Source of the DNA: an uncultured Gammaproteobacteria bacterium
GTDB lineage: Bacteria > Patescibacteriota > Patescibacteriia > UBA1558 > S5-K13
Direction of reading: 5' to 3'
Assembly: GCA_964639335.1 (NCBI GenBank)
Contig: CAZXCJ010000001.1
Span: 1 to 60,025 of the forward strand
Length of the DNA: 60,025 bases
A program made the translations under genes and the position numbers. The notes beneath the pieces are model-generated. The model had not been told where the DNA came from and did no database searches. It was given only the letters and a program-made list of their open reading frames with translations. Shown piece by piece: positions 16,525 to 25,522 of this stretch (the stretch's first letter is position 1; each line of letters starts with the position of its first letter).

Positions 16525-16917
16525 TTATTTTAAAATTTTTTCAGCTCCACAATAAATTTCCTCAATATTTAAAATAACAGCTGATTTAGCTTCTGTTGTA
16601 GGGTTATGTCTTAATTCTTCTACCCATTTAACTGTTTCTTCAAAAATAGGACCATCCTGATAGATTTTTACATTACCCTTCAACTGATAAGACTTCCCGC
16701 TCTCTTTATCTAGAATAACAAAAGACATCTGAGGATTCTCTTTCAAATTTTTCTCTGTTTTAAAAAATTTATTATTCGCAATTAAAATCTGACTATCATT
16801 ATAAACTTTCAAAAACTTAACATAAATAAGATTCGGTACATTCTCCTTAGAAGATGTGCCCAATATATATAGTCCCTGATCATTAATTGCTTTTTGAATA
16901 TAGTCTGGAATATTCAT
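16525..16917 (-). CDS. pyridoxamine 5'-phosphate oxidase-family FMN-binding protein
   Basis: Size and split-barrel-like pattern only. Confidence 0.5.
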   Translation of the reverse strand: MNIPDYIQKAINDQGLYILGTSSKENVPNLIYVKFLKVYNDSQILIANNKFFKTEKNLKENPQMSFVILDKESGKSYQLKGNVKIYQDGPIFEETVKWVEELRHNPTTEAKSAVILNIEEIYCGAEKILK

Positions 16918-16930
16918 ATATTTATTAATT

Positions 16931-17179
16931 TTAAATTTTTATTAATCTTTTATTTCTAAAAGCTATTCCTGAAGCAGTTTTTAAATATTTTTCGAAATCT
17001 AAGGCAACTTTTTTATCTTCAAATGCAGAATAAAAAACAATTTTCCAAGGCTTAAATTTATTTGTATATACTGATTTCCCAGAATTATGACCATTTATCC
17101 TATTTTTAATAGTTTTAGAGAATCCTGTATAAAATCGTTTAGGATAATTAATACTTTGAATAATATAGACGTAGTACAT
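16931..17179 (-). CDS. GIY-YIG nuclease-superfamily protein
   Basis: YYVYIIQS...RFYTGFSKTIKNRINGHNSGKSVYT..PWKIVFY. Confidence 0.8.
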   Translation of the reverse strand: MYYVYIIQSINYPKRFYTGFSKTIKNRINGHNSGKSVYTNKFKPWKIVFYSAFEDKKVALDFEKYLKTASGIAFRNKRLIKI

Positions 17180-17310
17180 ATTAATTTTTTTAAATCTAAC
17201 GAACTGGCCGTGCCATCCGAAGCGCAGATAATAATTATTTTAAACTTTTGTTGTCTAAGCAAGCCCTGCTACGCTAAAGCTACGCAGGGCATCCTTCGCT
17301 ACGCGAAGGA
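17180..17310 (-). other. structured spacer between tRNA-Ala(GGC) and the GIY-YIG gene
   Basis: 10-bp hairpin 17290-17299/17303-17312; 7-bp stem gccctgc/gcagggc at 17263-17290; GC-rich block at 17203-17224. Confidence 0.4.
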
Positions 17311-17386
17311 TGGTGGACTCGGGGAGACTCGAACTCCCGACCTTCTGCATGCCATGCAGATGTTCTACCAACTAAACTACGAGCCC
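17311..17386 (-). tRNA. tRNA-Ala (anticodon GGC), CCA encoded
   Basis: Acceptor gggctcg/cgagtcc with G3:U70, anticodon loop atGGCat, T-loop ttcgagt. Confidence 0.9.
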
Positions 17387-17410
17387 TTAAATAATTTTAA
17401 TAAATCAATG

Positions 17411-17462
17411 TGGCCAGCTGCCTGTCCGCTGAAGCTTTAGCGAAAGCGGAAGCTATAGGCCC
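17411..17462 (+). repeat. nested-hairpin module ending in a 12-nt tRNA-Ala-5'-end-like complement
   Basis: tccgct-gaag-ctttag-cgaa-agcgga-agc-tataggccc. The 12-mer matches tRNA-Ala(UGC) at 11/12 positions and the adjacent tRNA-Ala(GGC) at 8/12. Confidence 0.5.
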
Positions 17463-17578
17463 AAATTAAATTTTAAATAAACCTTATAACTTACAGCTTA
17501 CGGCTTATAACTGCTCCTTACATTATAACATTTTAAAAATTATATCAACATTTAAACATTATGCATATATATTCATAA

Positions 17579-18307
17579 CTATTCTGCCACTTCCCAAATA
17601 TACTCAAACATTGCTTTTTGAATATTAGCTATTTCCTTGCTTTCTATAACAACCGCTATATGATCTTTTATAAAAGAAAAAAATGCTATTTTATTACCAA
17701 AAATAACCATATTTCCATGATATTCAAATTCTTGAGGAATAAACCTAACCAGCCGAAGTTCGCCTCCTCCCAACTCCTTACGCTTTTTAGCAACTTTAGT
17801 TTTTCTTAAAATAATCCTAGCCAACATTTTAGACTTAATTCTTCTTTGAACAAATTCTAAATGATAATCACCCATAGATCTTAATAAGTCATCAGCTGAT
17901 CCAAAGGATAATAATTCACGATTATTATCTTCCAAAATTTCCATAAAAATATTTTTTATTCCCTCAATATCCTGATAAAAACGAACCTTGGGCCTGTCTT
18001 TAGCAGAAGAATAAAGAGCGTTCAATTGTGGCAAAACACTTTCTAGGACCTCTGCTTTTTGTTTAGCTAATTCAAAAATTCTTTTAGGATCATCTACACT
18101 AAAATGCTTAATGGTTTTTTTCTTAAAGCTAGAAGCGATTCCTTTTTTAATTAAAGAATTTAAAATATCATAACAAGAAGAGCGAGCTATCCCAGATTTA
18201 TTAGAAATAATATTAACCGTGGCCGAACCCAACTCTAAAACAGCTAAATAAACTTTAGCTTGTTTTTTATTTAACCCAAATTGTTCTAAGGCCTTCTGTA
18301 GCTGCAT
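17579..18307 (-). CDS. TrmB-family transcriptional regulator
   Basis: N-terminal wHTH LNKKQAKVYLAVLELGSATVNIISNKSGIARSSCYDILNSLIKKG. Confidence 0.75.
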   Translation of the reverse strand: MQLQKALEQFGLNKKQAKVYLAVLELGSATVNIISNKSGIARSSCYDILNSLIKKGIASSFKKKTIKHFSVDDPKRIFELAKQKAEVLESVLPQLNALYSSAKDRPKVRFYQDIEGIKNIFMEILEDNNRELLSFGSADDLLRSMGDYHLEFVQRRIKSKMLARIILRKTKVAKKRKELGGGELRLVRFIPQEFEYHGNMVIFGNKIAFFSFIKDHIAVVIESKEIANIQKAMFEYIWEVAE

Positions 18308-18325
18308 ATAATATTAAATAAAAAA

Positions 18326-18385
18326 ATTAGTATAGTATTCGTAGCATTAGTATTAATTCGTATATTGGCATCGATTGATTAGTAT
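18326..18385. promoter_or_regulatory. candidate operator repeats in the divergent trmB-like / ABC operon intergenic region
   Basis: attagtat at 18326, 18346 and 18378; the first two extend to attagtatNNtattcgta / attagtattaattcgta with a 20-bp period. Confidence 0.4.
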
Positions 18386-18562
18386 GTCGACATTTCCGAC
18401 AACTTTTCTATACCTCAATTATAGCTTATTTAAAGCAAAAAGTCAAGTGTTCTAATACTTTTAGTCGAAATTATGGACTTATGCTTGTAATTAGATATAA
18501 TATATTGTTAATCAAAACAACTTAGTTAATAACATAAATTAGAAAAGGAAAGGAACAAAAAT

Positions 18563-19573
18563 ATGTCTAAGAAAAATAAGATTGTCATTGGATTAATATT
18601 AATAATATTAATTGTGATAGTTGTTTTATCAATTAGTTTAAAAAAGCAGGGATTAGAACCAACATCTAGTCAATTAATTAAACTGAAACTTGGTGGACAT
18701 ACTACAATAGCAGGTGTTATTTTGGAAACAGCACAAGATAAAGGATTTTTTAATGAACAGGGTTTAGATGTGGAGATTGAACGAATAGAGAGTTCTAAAA
18801 TATCAATGGCTGGATTAGAAAACGGAGAATTAGATATAGTTATTGGTTCAAGATCAGCAGGAACTTTTAATTATTTGGCAAAAGATGAAAAATTACGAAT
18901 CATTGCTGATGCAGGCAGAGTTACTCCAGTTATTATTATTAGAAAAGACCTTAAGGATTCAATTAAAACATTAAAAGATCTAAAAGATAAAACATTTGCT
19001 ACACCAAGACAGGGAAGTACTTCTCAATATGCTTTTGCTAAAGTTTTAGAAAGTGTTGGTTTATCTTTGAATGATATTATATCTAAATCTCTTAAACAGC
19101 AAGAAGCTGTTACAGCTTTAGAAACAGGCAACTTAGATGCTGGAATAATTAATGAACCATATGCAACTATAGCAATTGATAAAGGAATTGGTATTAGGTT
19201 AGGTGAGAATGAAGTAGAAAAGCTCTTTCCTAATGGTCAGCAACACATGGTCTTACTTATTACTACAAATACTTTAACAGATAAAGCTAATGCTGTTAAG
19301 AAATTCTTTAAAGCATACAAAAAAGCAGTAGATTATTATAATAAAGCAAAGGAAGGTAATCAGCCAGAAAGAGATGAAGTGATACGTATTATATCTAATT
19401 ATACAGGCATTGATTCTAAAATTATTAATAAAATTGTTTGGATTGATATTGCAAGTAATCTAAAACCTGATATGGCTTATCTGGAAGAAGCTCAAGATTG
19501 GTATTTTGAGAATGGATTCTTAGAGCAAAAAGTTAATTTACATGAAAAAGTTGATTTGAGTTTTTTGCCTTAA
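18563..19573 (+). CDS. ABC transporter substrate-binding protein (NMT1/THI5, nitrate-sulfonate-bicarbonate type)
   Basis: N-terminal anchor and SBP fold pattern; lies upstream of a NitT/TauT-type permease and ATPase. Confidence 0.7.
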   Translation: MSKKNKIVIGLILIILIVIVVLSISLKKQGLEPTSSQLIKLKLGGHTTIAGVILETAQDKGFFNEQGLDVEIERIESSKISMAGLENGELDIVIGSRSAGTFNYLAKDEKLRIIADAGRVTPVIIIRKDLKDSIKTLKDLKDKTFATPRQGSTSQYAFAKVLESVGLSLNDIISKSLKQQEAVTALETGNLDAGIINEPYATIAIDKGIGIRLGENEVEKLFPNGQQHMVLLITTNTLTDKANAVKKFFKAYKKAVDYYNKAKEGNQPERDEVIRIISNYTGIDSKIINKIVWIDIASNLKPDMAYLEEAQDWYFENGFLEQKVNLHEKVDLSFLP

Positions 19574-19586
19574 TTTTTTAATAAAG

Positions 19587-20360
19587 ATGAATAAAATCAA
19601 ACTATTAAAAATAAAAGGACTAGCTTATCCGCTTGGGAGCATTGTTTTGCTATTAATAATTTGGGAAAGTATAGTTAAATTAGGATTTGTTAAGTCTATT
19701 TTTTTACCTCCTCCATCAGCAGTCTTTTTGTCTCTATTAGGAAATTATGAGTATTTGATTATCAGTATTTTAATTACTTTAAAACATATAGCTATAGGTT
19801 ATTTTATTGGAGTTCTACTTGCTGTTTTTCTTGGAATTTTGATTGGCTGGTATAAAAATATTGACTTATCAATCAGTCCAATACTTTTAATAATCAGTAC
19901 TATTCCTATTGTTACTTTTTTCCCCTTGTTTATCTTATGGTTTGGACTAGGAATAACTCCAATAATCTTATGTGCTGTTATAGCAGCTTTCTTTCCTACA
20001 TTATCAGCTACTGTTTCAGGTGTAAAAAAGGTTAATAAAGATTATATTGAAGTGGCTAAAAACTTTAATATGGATGAAAAAAGAATTTTAATAAAAGTCA
20101 TACTACCAGCAAGTCTTCCATATATTACTAATGGTTTAAGATTATCTATTCAATTAACATTCTTAATAACCCCAGTAGCTGAAATGCTTATGGGTGATGT
20201 TGGCTTAGGAGGTTTTATTTGGAAAAATGCTGATTTATTTAGAACTGAATTAGTTATATTAGGGCAAATAACCTTAGGAGTGATGGGTTTAAGTTTATTT
20301 AAAATTTTTGATTTAGTAGAAAAAAATTATATTTTGCCATGGATGCGAATAAAAAAATAA
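19587..20360 (+). CDS. ABC transporter permease (NitT/TauT family)
   Basis: Six TM segments and an EAA-like loop (EVAKNFNMDEKRILIKVILP). Confidence 0.8.
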   Translation: MNKIKLLKIKGLAYPLGSIVLLLIIWESIVKLGFVKSIFLPPPSAVFLSLLGNYEYLIISILITLKHIAIGYFIGVLLAVFLGILIGWYKNIDLSISPILLIISTIPIVTFFPLFILWFGLGITPIILCAVIAAFFPTLSATVSGVKKVNKDYIEVAKNFNMDEKRILIKVILPASLPYITNGLRLSIQLTFLITPVAEMLMGDVGLGGFIWKNADLFRTELVILGQITLGVMGLSLFKIFDLVEKNYILPWMRIKK

Positions 20361-20361
20361 T

Positions 20362-21075
20362 ATGCTTAAAGTTAAAAATATTTCAAAAATATTTGATAAT
20401 AAAGCTGGAAAAATTCACGTATTAAATGATATCAATTTTGAATTACATAAATCTGAATTTTTAGCTATGCTTGGCTCATCTGGCTGTGGTAAAACTACTC
20501 TTTTAAAAATTATAAGTGGGCTAGAAAAACCAGATTCTGGGAAAGTTGTTTTTCAACATAAGAATTGTAAGACACCAATTGTTTGGCAAGAACATAGACT
20601 TCTGCCTTGGTATACAGTAAAACAAAATATTGTTTTTGGTTTAGAGATGAATAATATTGAGAAATCTGAAACAGAAAAAAAACTTAAAAAATACATTAAT
20701 TTAATCAAATTGAATGGATTTGAGGATTATTATCCTTTTCAATTGTCCGGCGGAATGCAACAAAGAGTAGCTATTGCTAGAGCAATGATTATTGAGCCAG
20801 ATATTCTTTTAATGGATGAACCGTTTTCCTCAGTTGATTATCATACAAAGATGATTCTTTTCAATGAGCTGAAAAGAATACAGAAAATAACAAAATTACC
20901 AATTATTTATGTGACTCATGATACTAGAGATGCTATATCTTTTGCTGATAGAGTAATAGTTTTGTCTTCAAAACCAACAAAAGTTCAAAAAATTATAGAT
21001 ACAAAGGAAATCAAGTTATTAAGCATGCCTATGGAAAAAGAGATATGTGGTTTATTAGAAGGACAGACATTATAA
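20362..21075 (+). CDS. ABC transporter ATP-binding protein
   Basis: Walker A GSSGCGKTT, signature LSGGMQQR, Walker B ILLMDEP. Confidence 0.88.
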   Translation: MLKVKNISKIFDNKAGKIHVLNDINFELHKSEFLAMLGSSGCGKTTLLKIISGLEKPDSGKVVFQHKNCKTPIVWQEHRLLPWYTVKQNIVFGLEMNNIEKSETEKKLKKYINLIKLNGFEDYYPFQLSGGMQQRVAIARAMIIEPDILLMDEPFSSVDYHTKMILFNELKRIQKITKLPIIYVTHDTRDAISFADRVIVLSSKPTKVQKIIDTKEIKLLSMPMEKEICGLLEGQTL

Positions 21076-21236
21076 ATCTAAATCTAAGTCATTGTCTAAA
21101 AACAATGGCTTTTTTAACTTTATCCTGAAAACTGGCGGGTTTTTTAAATTTCTTTTTTAACTCTTCTATTATATAATAGGTGTAGAATCTATAAACCACA
21201 TAATTGAAATAAAACTGTCTTTTAAAACTACAATTT

Positions 21237-21881
21237 ATGATCAAAGGAATTATATTTGATATGGATGGCGTAATTTCAGATACTCAAAAAATCCATTCTA
21301 AAATTGAATCTGAACTATTAGCTAAATATGAAATACATATTCCGCCTGAAGAGATTACTCAAAAATATGCCGGAGTTAGAACTAAAGAATTTTTTGATAA
21401 ACTATTAAGCAAGCAGAATAAAAAATATAATATTGATGCTTTAGTGAATAAAAAATGGGGCAAGCTGGAAAAAATCGCTTCATTGTCAGTTGACGCTATA
21501 AATGGCTCAATTAACCTAATTAAAAGCCTATATTCTAAAAAATATACTATGGCTGTCGCTTCTGCCTCATATTCAAAGTATGTCCAAAATGTACTAAAAA
21601 CCTTAAAAATAATAAATTATTTTTCTGCAATTGTTAGTGGAGATATGGTTTCAAAAGGAAAACCAAACCCTGAAAGCTTTTTATTGGCCGCTAAAAAAAT
21701 ATATCTTCATCCTAGCCAATGTTTGGTTATTGAAGATGGAATCAATGGCATGCAAGCAGCTAAATCTGCAAATATGAAGTGCATTGGGTTGGTAGATGAT
21801 ATAAATAAAATTTATCCTACTAAAAATTTAGTAACGTCTTTATCTAAAATTACTTTAAACTATTTAAATCAAATAAAATAA
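21237..21881 (+). CDS. HAD-family hydrolase (beta-phosphoglucomutase-like)
   Basis: IIFDMDGVISDT...VASAS...KGKPNPE...EDGINGMQAA. Confidence 0.8.
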   Translation: MIKGIIFDMDGVISDTQKIHSKIESELLAKYEIHIPPEEITQKYAGVRTKEFFDKLLSKQNKKYNIDALVNKKWGKLEKIASLSVDAINGSINLIKSLYSKKYTMAVASASYSKYVQNVLKTLKIINYFSAIVSGDMVSKGKPNPESFLLAAKKIYLHPSQCLVIEDGINGMQAAKSANMKCIGLVDDINKIYPTKNLVTSLSKITLNYLNQIK

Positions 21882-21886
21882 ACAAG

Positions 21887-22516
21887 ATGCCCATTTGGAA
21901 TACTATTTATCAAAATTATTTAAAAAATGGATTAGCTTGGGCCAGTATTAGTAAAAATATTCATCCCTTATTTAAAAAATTTTTAAAAAAATCAAATTTT
22001 GAATTTAAATATGCTTTAGATATTGGATGTGGCACTGGAAAATATCTAAAAATTCTGCAAAACAATGGATTTAAAACCAATGGAATAGATTCCAGCGAGA
22101 TTGCCATTGCCATGACTAAAAAAATATTAAATAATAATTCTGAAATCTCTTCTGTCAATATGTTTAAATTTAAAATACCAAAAAATAAATATGATTTAAT
22201 TATTTCTATTTCAACAATACACCATGGCACAAAAGAACAAGTTCAAAATTTAATTAATAAGATACATAAGGCAATTATAAAAAATGGAAAAGTTTTTATT
22301 ACTTTGCCTGATTTTAAAAGCAGTAAAAAATGGAATACTTTTAAAAATTATAAAAAAATTGCGCCAGCCACCTTCATCCCTTTATCGGGTCCAGAAAAAG
22401 GGTTAATTCATAGCTTTTATACTAAAAAAGAGATCCAAAAATTATTTTCAAAATTTAAAAAATTAAAACTAAACCTAGACAATCACGGCCGATGGATTAT
22501 TATGGCCTTAAAATAA
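21887..22516 (+). CDS. class I SAM-dependent methyltransferase
   Basis: ALDIGCGTGKY motif I. Confidence 0.75.
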   Translation: MPIWNTIYQNYLKNGLAWASISKNIHPLFKKFLKKSNFEFKYALDIGCGTGKYLKILQNNGFKTNGIDSSEIAIAMTKKILNNNSEISSVNMFKFKIPKNKYDLIISISTIHHGTKEQVQNLINKIHKAIIKNGKVFITLPDFKSSKKWNTFKNYKKIAPATFIPLSGPEKGLIHSFYTKKEIQKLFSKFKKLKLNLDNHGRWIIMALK

Positions 22517-22539
22517 AACTTATTATTAAATTAACCTCT

Positions 22540-22830
22540 ATGGAAATTAAAACAGCTCAAAATTTAGTTTATGAACATTTAGTTAAAATAGGGTATACTA
22601 AAAGTGAGACCACGCCTATCCATGCTTTTTTACATTTAATTGAAGAGGTTGGAGAAACAGCTCGAGCCTTGTTACATCAAGAGACTAAAAGAGAGAAGTT
22701 TGCCAATAGCACTAAAAGCGGAATTATAGAAGATGAAATAGCAGACATATTTTGGCAAACCTTAAAATTAGCTTCTTATTTAAAAATAGATTTAAATCAG
22801 GCCTTTCAAAATAAATTAGAAAAAAATTGA
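22540..22830 (+). CDS. MazG-like nucleotide pyrophosphohydrolase
   Basis: LIEEVGETARAL...EDEIADIFWQTLKLA; start placed at the Met at 22540. Confidence 0.7.
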   Translation: MEIKTAQNLVYEHLVKIGYTKSETTPIHAFLHLIEEVGETARALLHQETKREKFANSTKSGIIEDEIADIFWQTLKLASYLKIDLNQAFQNKLEKN

Positions 22831-22895
22831 AACAAGCCAAAAAACAATTAAAAAATAATAAAATTTAAAAATTTAATTAATAATTAAAAAAAACT

Positions 22896-23279
22896 ATGGG
22901 AAACACTCAAATTTTACAAATCATTGGCATTATCTATGTTTTATTAGGGCTAGGAATGTTGATTAATCCTAAATATCATTCTAAGGTTTTTAAGGATTTG
23001 ATTGAAAATGAATCCAATACTTATCTTTTGGGATTTATAGGATTAGTTGTTGGCTACCTTTTGATAACTTTTACCGGAAAAACAACTGGTTGGTTTATAA
23101 TCATCCCTATTTTTGGATGGATTGGATTAATTAAAAGTGCTTTATTCTTTTTGGCTCCTCAAGCCCTAATGGGTATTACCAAGATTTTTTTAAAGAAAAA
23201 AGAATATTTAATCTTTATGGGCATCTTAGTAACTATCTTTGGCGGAATTCTTACTTACGTTAGTTTCTTAGTATTATAG
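22896..23279 (+). CDS. small membrane protein
   Basis: Four TM helices. Confidence 0.45.
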   Translation: MGNTQILQIIGIIYVLLGLGMLINPKYHSKVFKDLIENESNTYLLGFIGLVVGYLLITFTGKTTGWFIIIPIFGWIGLIKSALFFLAPQALMGITKIFLKKKEYLIFMGILVTIFGGILTYVSFLVL

Positions 23280-23347
23280 ATTTTAAAATTCTGAAATTAA
23301 AAAGCCCGAAAACCAAATTCGGGCTTGTTTTGTTTTAAATTGAATCC

Positions 23348-23698
23348 TTACTTTAAGTTTTCGCAGGTCCATATTTCTACCTGACCCTTTGGATCTTCGT
23401 CGTTTGGTAAAAACTCTTCTGGCGTGTTATTAAAAATGCACGCTACATTCGCGCAAGAATAACAGGGGTATAATGAAAACTCAATTCCACATTTTCTGGC
23501 AAATCTTCCGACAAGTTCTTTCACCTCTCCCCTGTTTTTAATGTCATATTCCACATGAACAATAATATCCCCATTATCATTAAGACATCCCCATACAACC
23601 TTAACAAAAGGACTTCTTATTATAGAAAGTTCCCTTCTGTTCTTATCAAAATTTGCTAAAGGAATTGTGAACAGAAATGTTTCTCTTTTTTTATACAC
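23348..23698 (-). CDS. hypothetical Cys-rich protein
   Basis: ORF only. Confidence 0.4.
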   Translation of the reverse strand: MYKKRETFLFTIPLANFDKNRRELSIIRSPFVKVVWGCLNDNGDIIVHVEYDIKNRGEVKELVGRFARKCGIEFSLYPCYSCANVACIFNNTPEEFLPNDEDPKGQVEIWTCENLK

Positions 23699-24011
23699 TC
23701 TTTCTCCTAACTGTTTTAGTTAAAAACAATGTTGTGCCCATGATTAAAAAAGGGATGGGCGTGCTAAACAATAAATTTTGTATGGGAATATTATGAATAA
23801 GAAAATTATCTATTACCCAAAATATGCCAATCATTATAAAACAAAATCCTGCCAGCCGGCGCAATCTGTCTTCCCTGGTTTTTTGTGACCAAGCTAGAAA
23901 AAAAACTAACCACATCATGACTTCTATTATCATAAAAGACAAAGTGCCTTTTAAAATAAATACCTTTAATACCAAGGAAAGGCTAATCATCAAGCTAAAG
24001 ATAAATAACAT
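23691..24011 (-). CDS. small membrane protein
   Basis: Three TM helices; 8-nt overlap with the downstream ORF. Confidence 0.4.
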   Translation of the reverse strand: MLFIFSLMISLSLVLKVFILKGTLSFMIIEVMMWLVFFLAWSQKTREDRLRRLAGFCFIMIGIFWVIDNFLIHNIPIQNLLFSTPIPFLIMGTTLFLTKTVRRKSV

Positions 24012-24091
24012 ATTATCCTCCGAATTATTTTTTTATTTTAAAATAAAAATAGCAAAATTTTCTAAACTTGTCAAAATTAAAAAGCCCTTAG

Positions 24092-24457
24092 TTATTCACC
24101 TAAGAGCTTTTTTGATATTTTTAAAGAATGAATACGCTCATGAGCTCCCGTGGAGAATTTCTCTGCTCCTAGAAAGAAAAAGAAGATAGGCATTATAGAC
24201 TTCTTATAGCTAATCTGGGGTCCTCCTAAAAAAACAAAAATGAGAATAGCGTTGATCATTAGGAGCATTCCCAACATTATTAGAAAAAGATTTTCTTCTT
24301 TTTCTTTTTTGCATTGAAAATAAAGCAAACCAAGACCTAAGACCATAACAAGCTCTGTTATAACCATAAAGGCGTTGCCTATCCAAATAGAATATCCGAA
24401 TGTTAATAAGAGAAAAAATTCGTAAACTATAAAACAAGCTAACATATCATCCTCCAA
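24092..24457 (-). CDS. small membrane protein
   Basis: Four TM helices. Confidence 0.4.
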   Translation of the reverse strand: MEDDMLACFIVYEFFLLLTFGYSIWIGNAFMVITELVMVLGLGLLYFQCKKEKEENLFLIMLGMLLMINAILIFVFLGGPQISYKKSIMPIFFFFLGAEKFSTGAHERIHSLKISKKLLGE

Positions 24458-24576
24458 ATTATTTTTTTATTAATATAATCAACTTATAGAATTATTCTTG
24501 AATTGTCAATATATACATTTAATAAAAAAATTGTTATTATTAAAGAATAAAAATAGTTTAAAATTAAATTAAAAAT

Positions 24577-24984
24577 ATGCTCAAAAAAATAATCCAACTT
24601 TTATTAATCTTAGTCCTTTTAAGCATTTTGGTTTTAATTTTTATTTTTGTTTTTAATCCTGCCGATTTAAGAACTAAAATAATTAGTAAAGGTATTAACA
24701 ATTTTTTAAGTAATACTTTGGATGATTATACTCCCTTAAAATCCGGCTCTAATCCCGAAGTTACCAATTCAGGAAATACTGATCATCCTTTATTAAATGA
24801 CGATCAGGAAAAAATGCTTGAAAATTTAGGAATTAATGTCAGTCAATTACCAACTGAGATTAGCCCGGCTATGGCCGAATGTTTTATAGAAAAATTAGGA
24901 GCTAAAAGAGCTGATGAATTGGTAAACGGAGCCACTCCTGGAGCTTTAGATATATTTAAAGCCAAGAATTGTCTAAATAAATAA
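24577..24984 (+). CDS. hypothetical N-terminally anchored protein
   Basis: Signal/anchor helix followed by a soluble domain. Confidence 0.4.
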   Translation: MLKKIIQLLLILVLLSILVLIFIFVFNPADLRTKIISKGINNFLSNTLDDYTPLKSGSNPEVTNSGNTDHPLLNDDQEKMLENLGINVSQLPTEISPAMAECFIEKLGAKRADELVNGATPGALDIFKAKNCLNK

Positions 24985-24990
24985 AGATTT

Positions 24991-25341
24991 ATGCCTATAA
25001 ATCTAATAATTGCTGGAATTGTATTTGTGTTTTTATTAGTATTTTTAATTATAAAACTAAAAACTCCTTCTCAAGAATATGGAGAGGAGTTAAAAAAACA
25101 AAACCCTAGTATTCCAGACGAAAAAACTCCTCTCGCGCTCCCACTAGAAAAAACTGTGGAAAATAAAAGGACAATCATTATTTTTACTCTTGGGGTGACA
25201 ATTTTAATAGGTGGAATAGCTTATTTTATATTTAAAAATAAAAATGAGGCTACAGGCGATAGTAGCTCCTTTTATTTCCCCTTCTGGTTAGTGGCCTTAA
25301 TTCCTATTTTTGCCAAAAAGAAGAAAAAAAAGCTAATTTAA
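24991..25341 (+). CDS. small membrane protein
   Basis: Three TM helices and a K-rich tail. Confidence 0.4.
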   Translation: MPINLIIAGIVFVFLLVFLIIKLKTPSQEYGEELKKQNPSIPDEKTPLALPLEKTVENKRTIIIFTLGVTILIGGIAYFIFKNKNEATGDSSSFYFPFWLVALIPIFAKKKKKKLI

Positions 25342-25452
25342 ACGAAAAAGAAAAAAACCAAAGTCCATTATAATAATAGTTATCTTATTACTTCTTTTGG
25401 GAATGCTGACGTTTTTTTCTAATGAGATAAATTGTATTTTATTATATAAAAT

Positions 25453-25480
25453 AAAAAATCCTGCTAAACAGGATTTTTTT
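25453..25480. terminator. bidirectional intrinsic terminator
   Basis: aaaaa-atcctg-ctaaa-caggat-tttttt. Confidence 0.65.
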
Positions 25481-25522
25481 ATAACACTCAAATTAGTGGC
25501 AAGCTTTAAACATAAAATCAAA

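Noticed and set aside
17087-17440. 117-aa plus-strand ORF
   Set aside because: It is antisense to the GIY-YIG gene and runs through tRNA-Ala(GGC). It has no motif.
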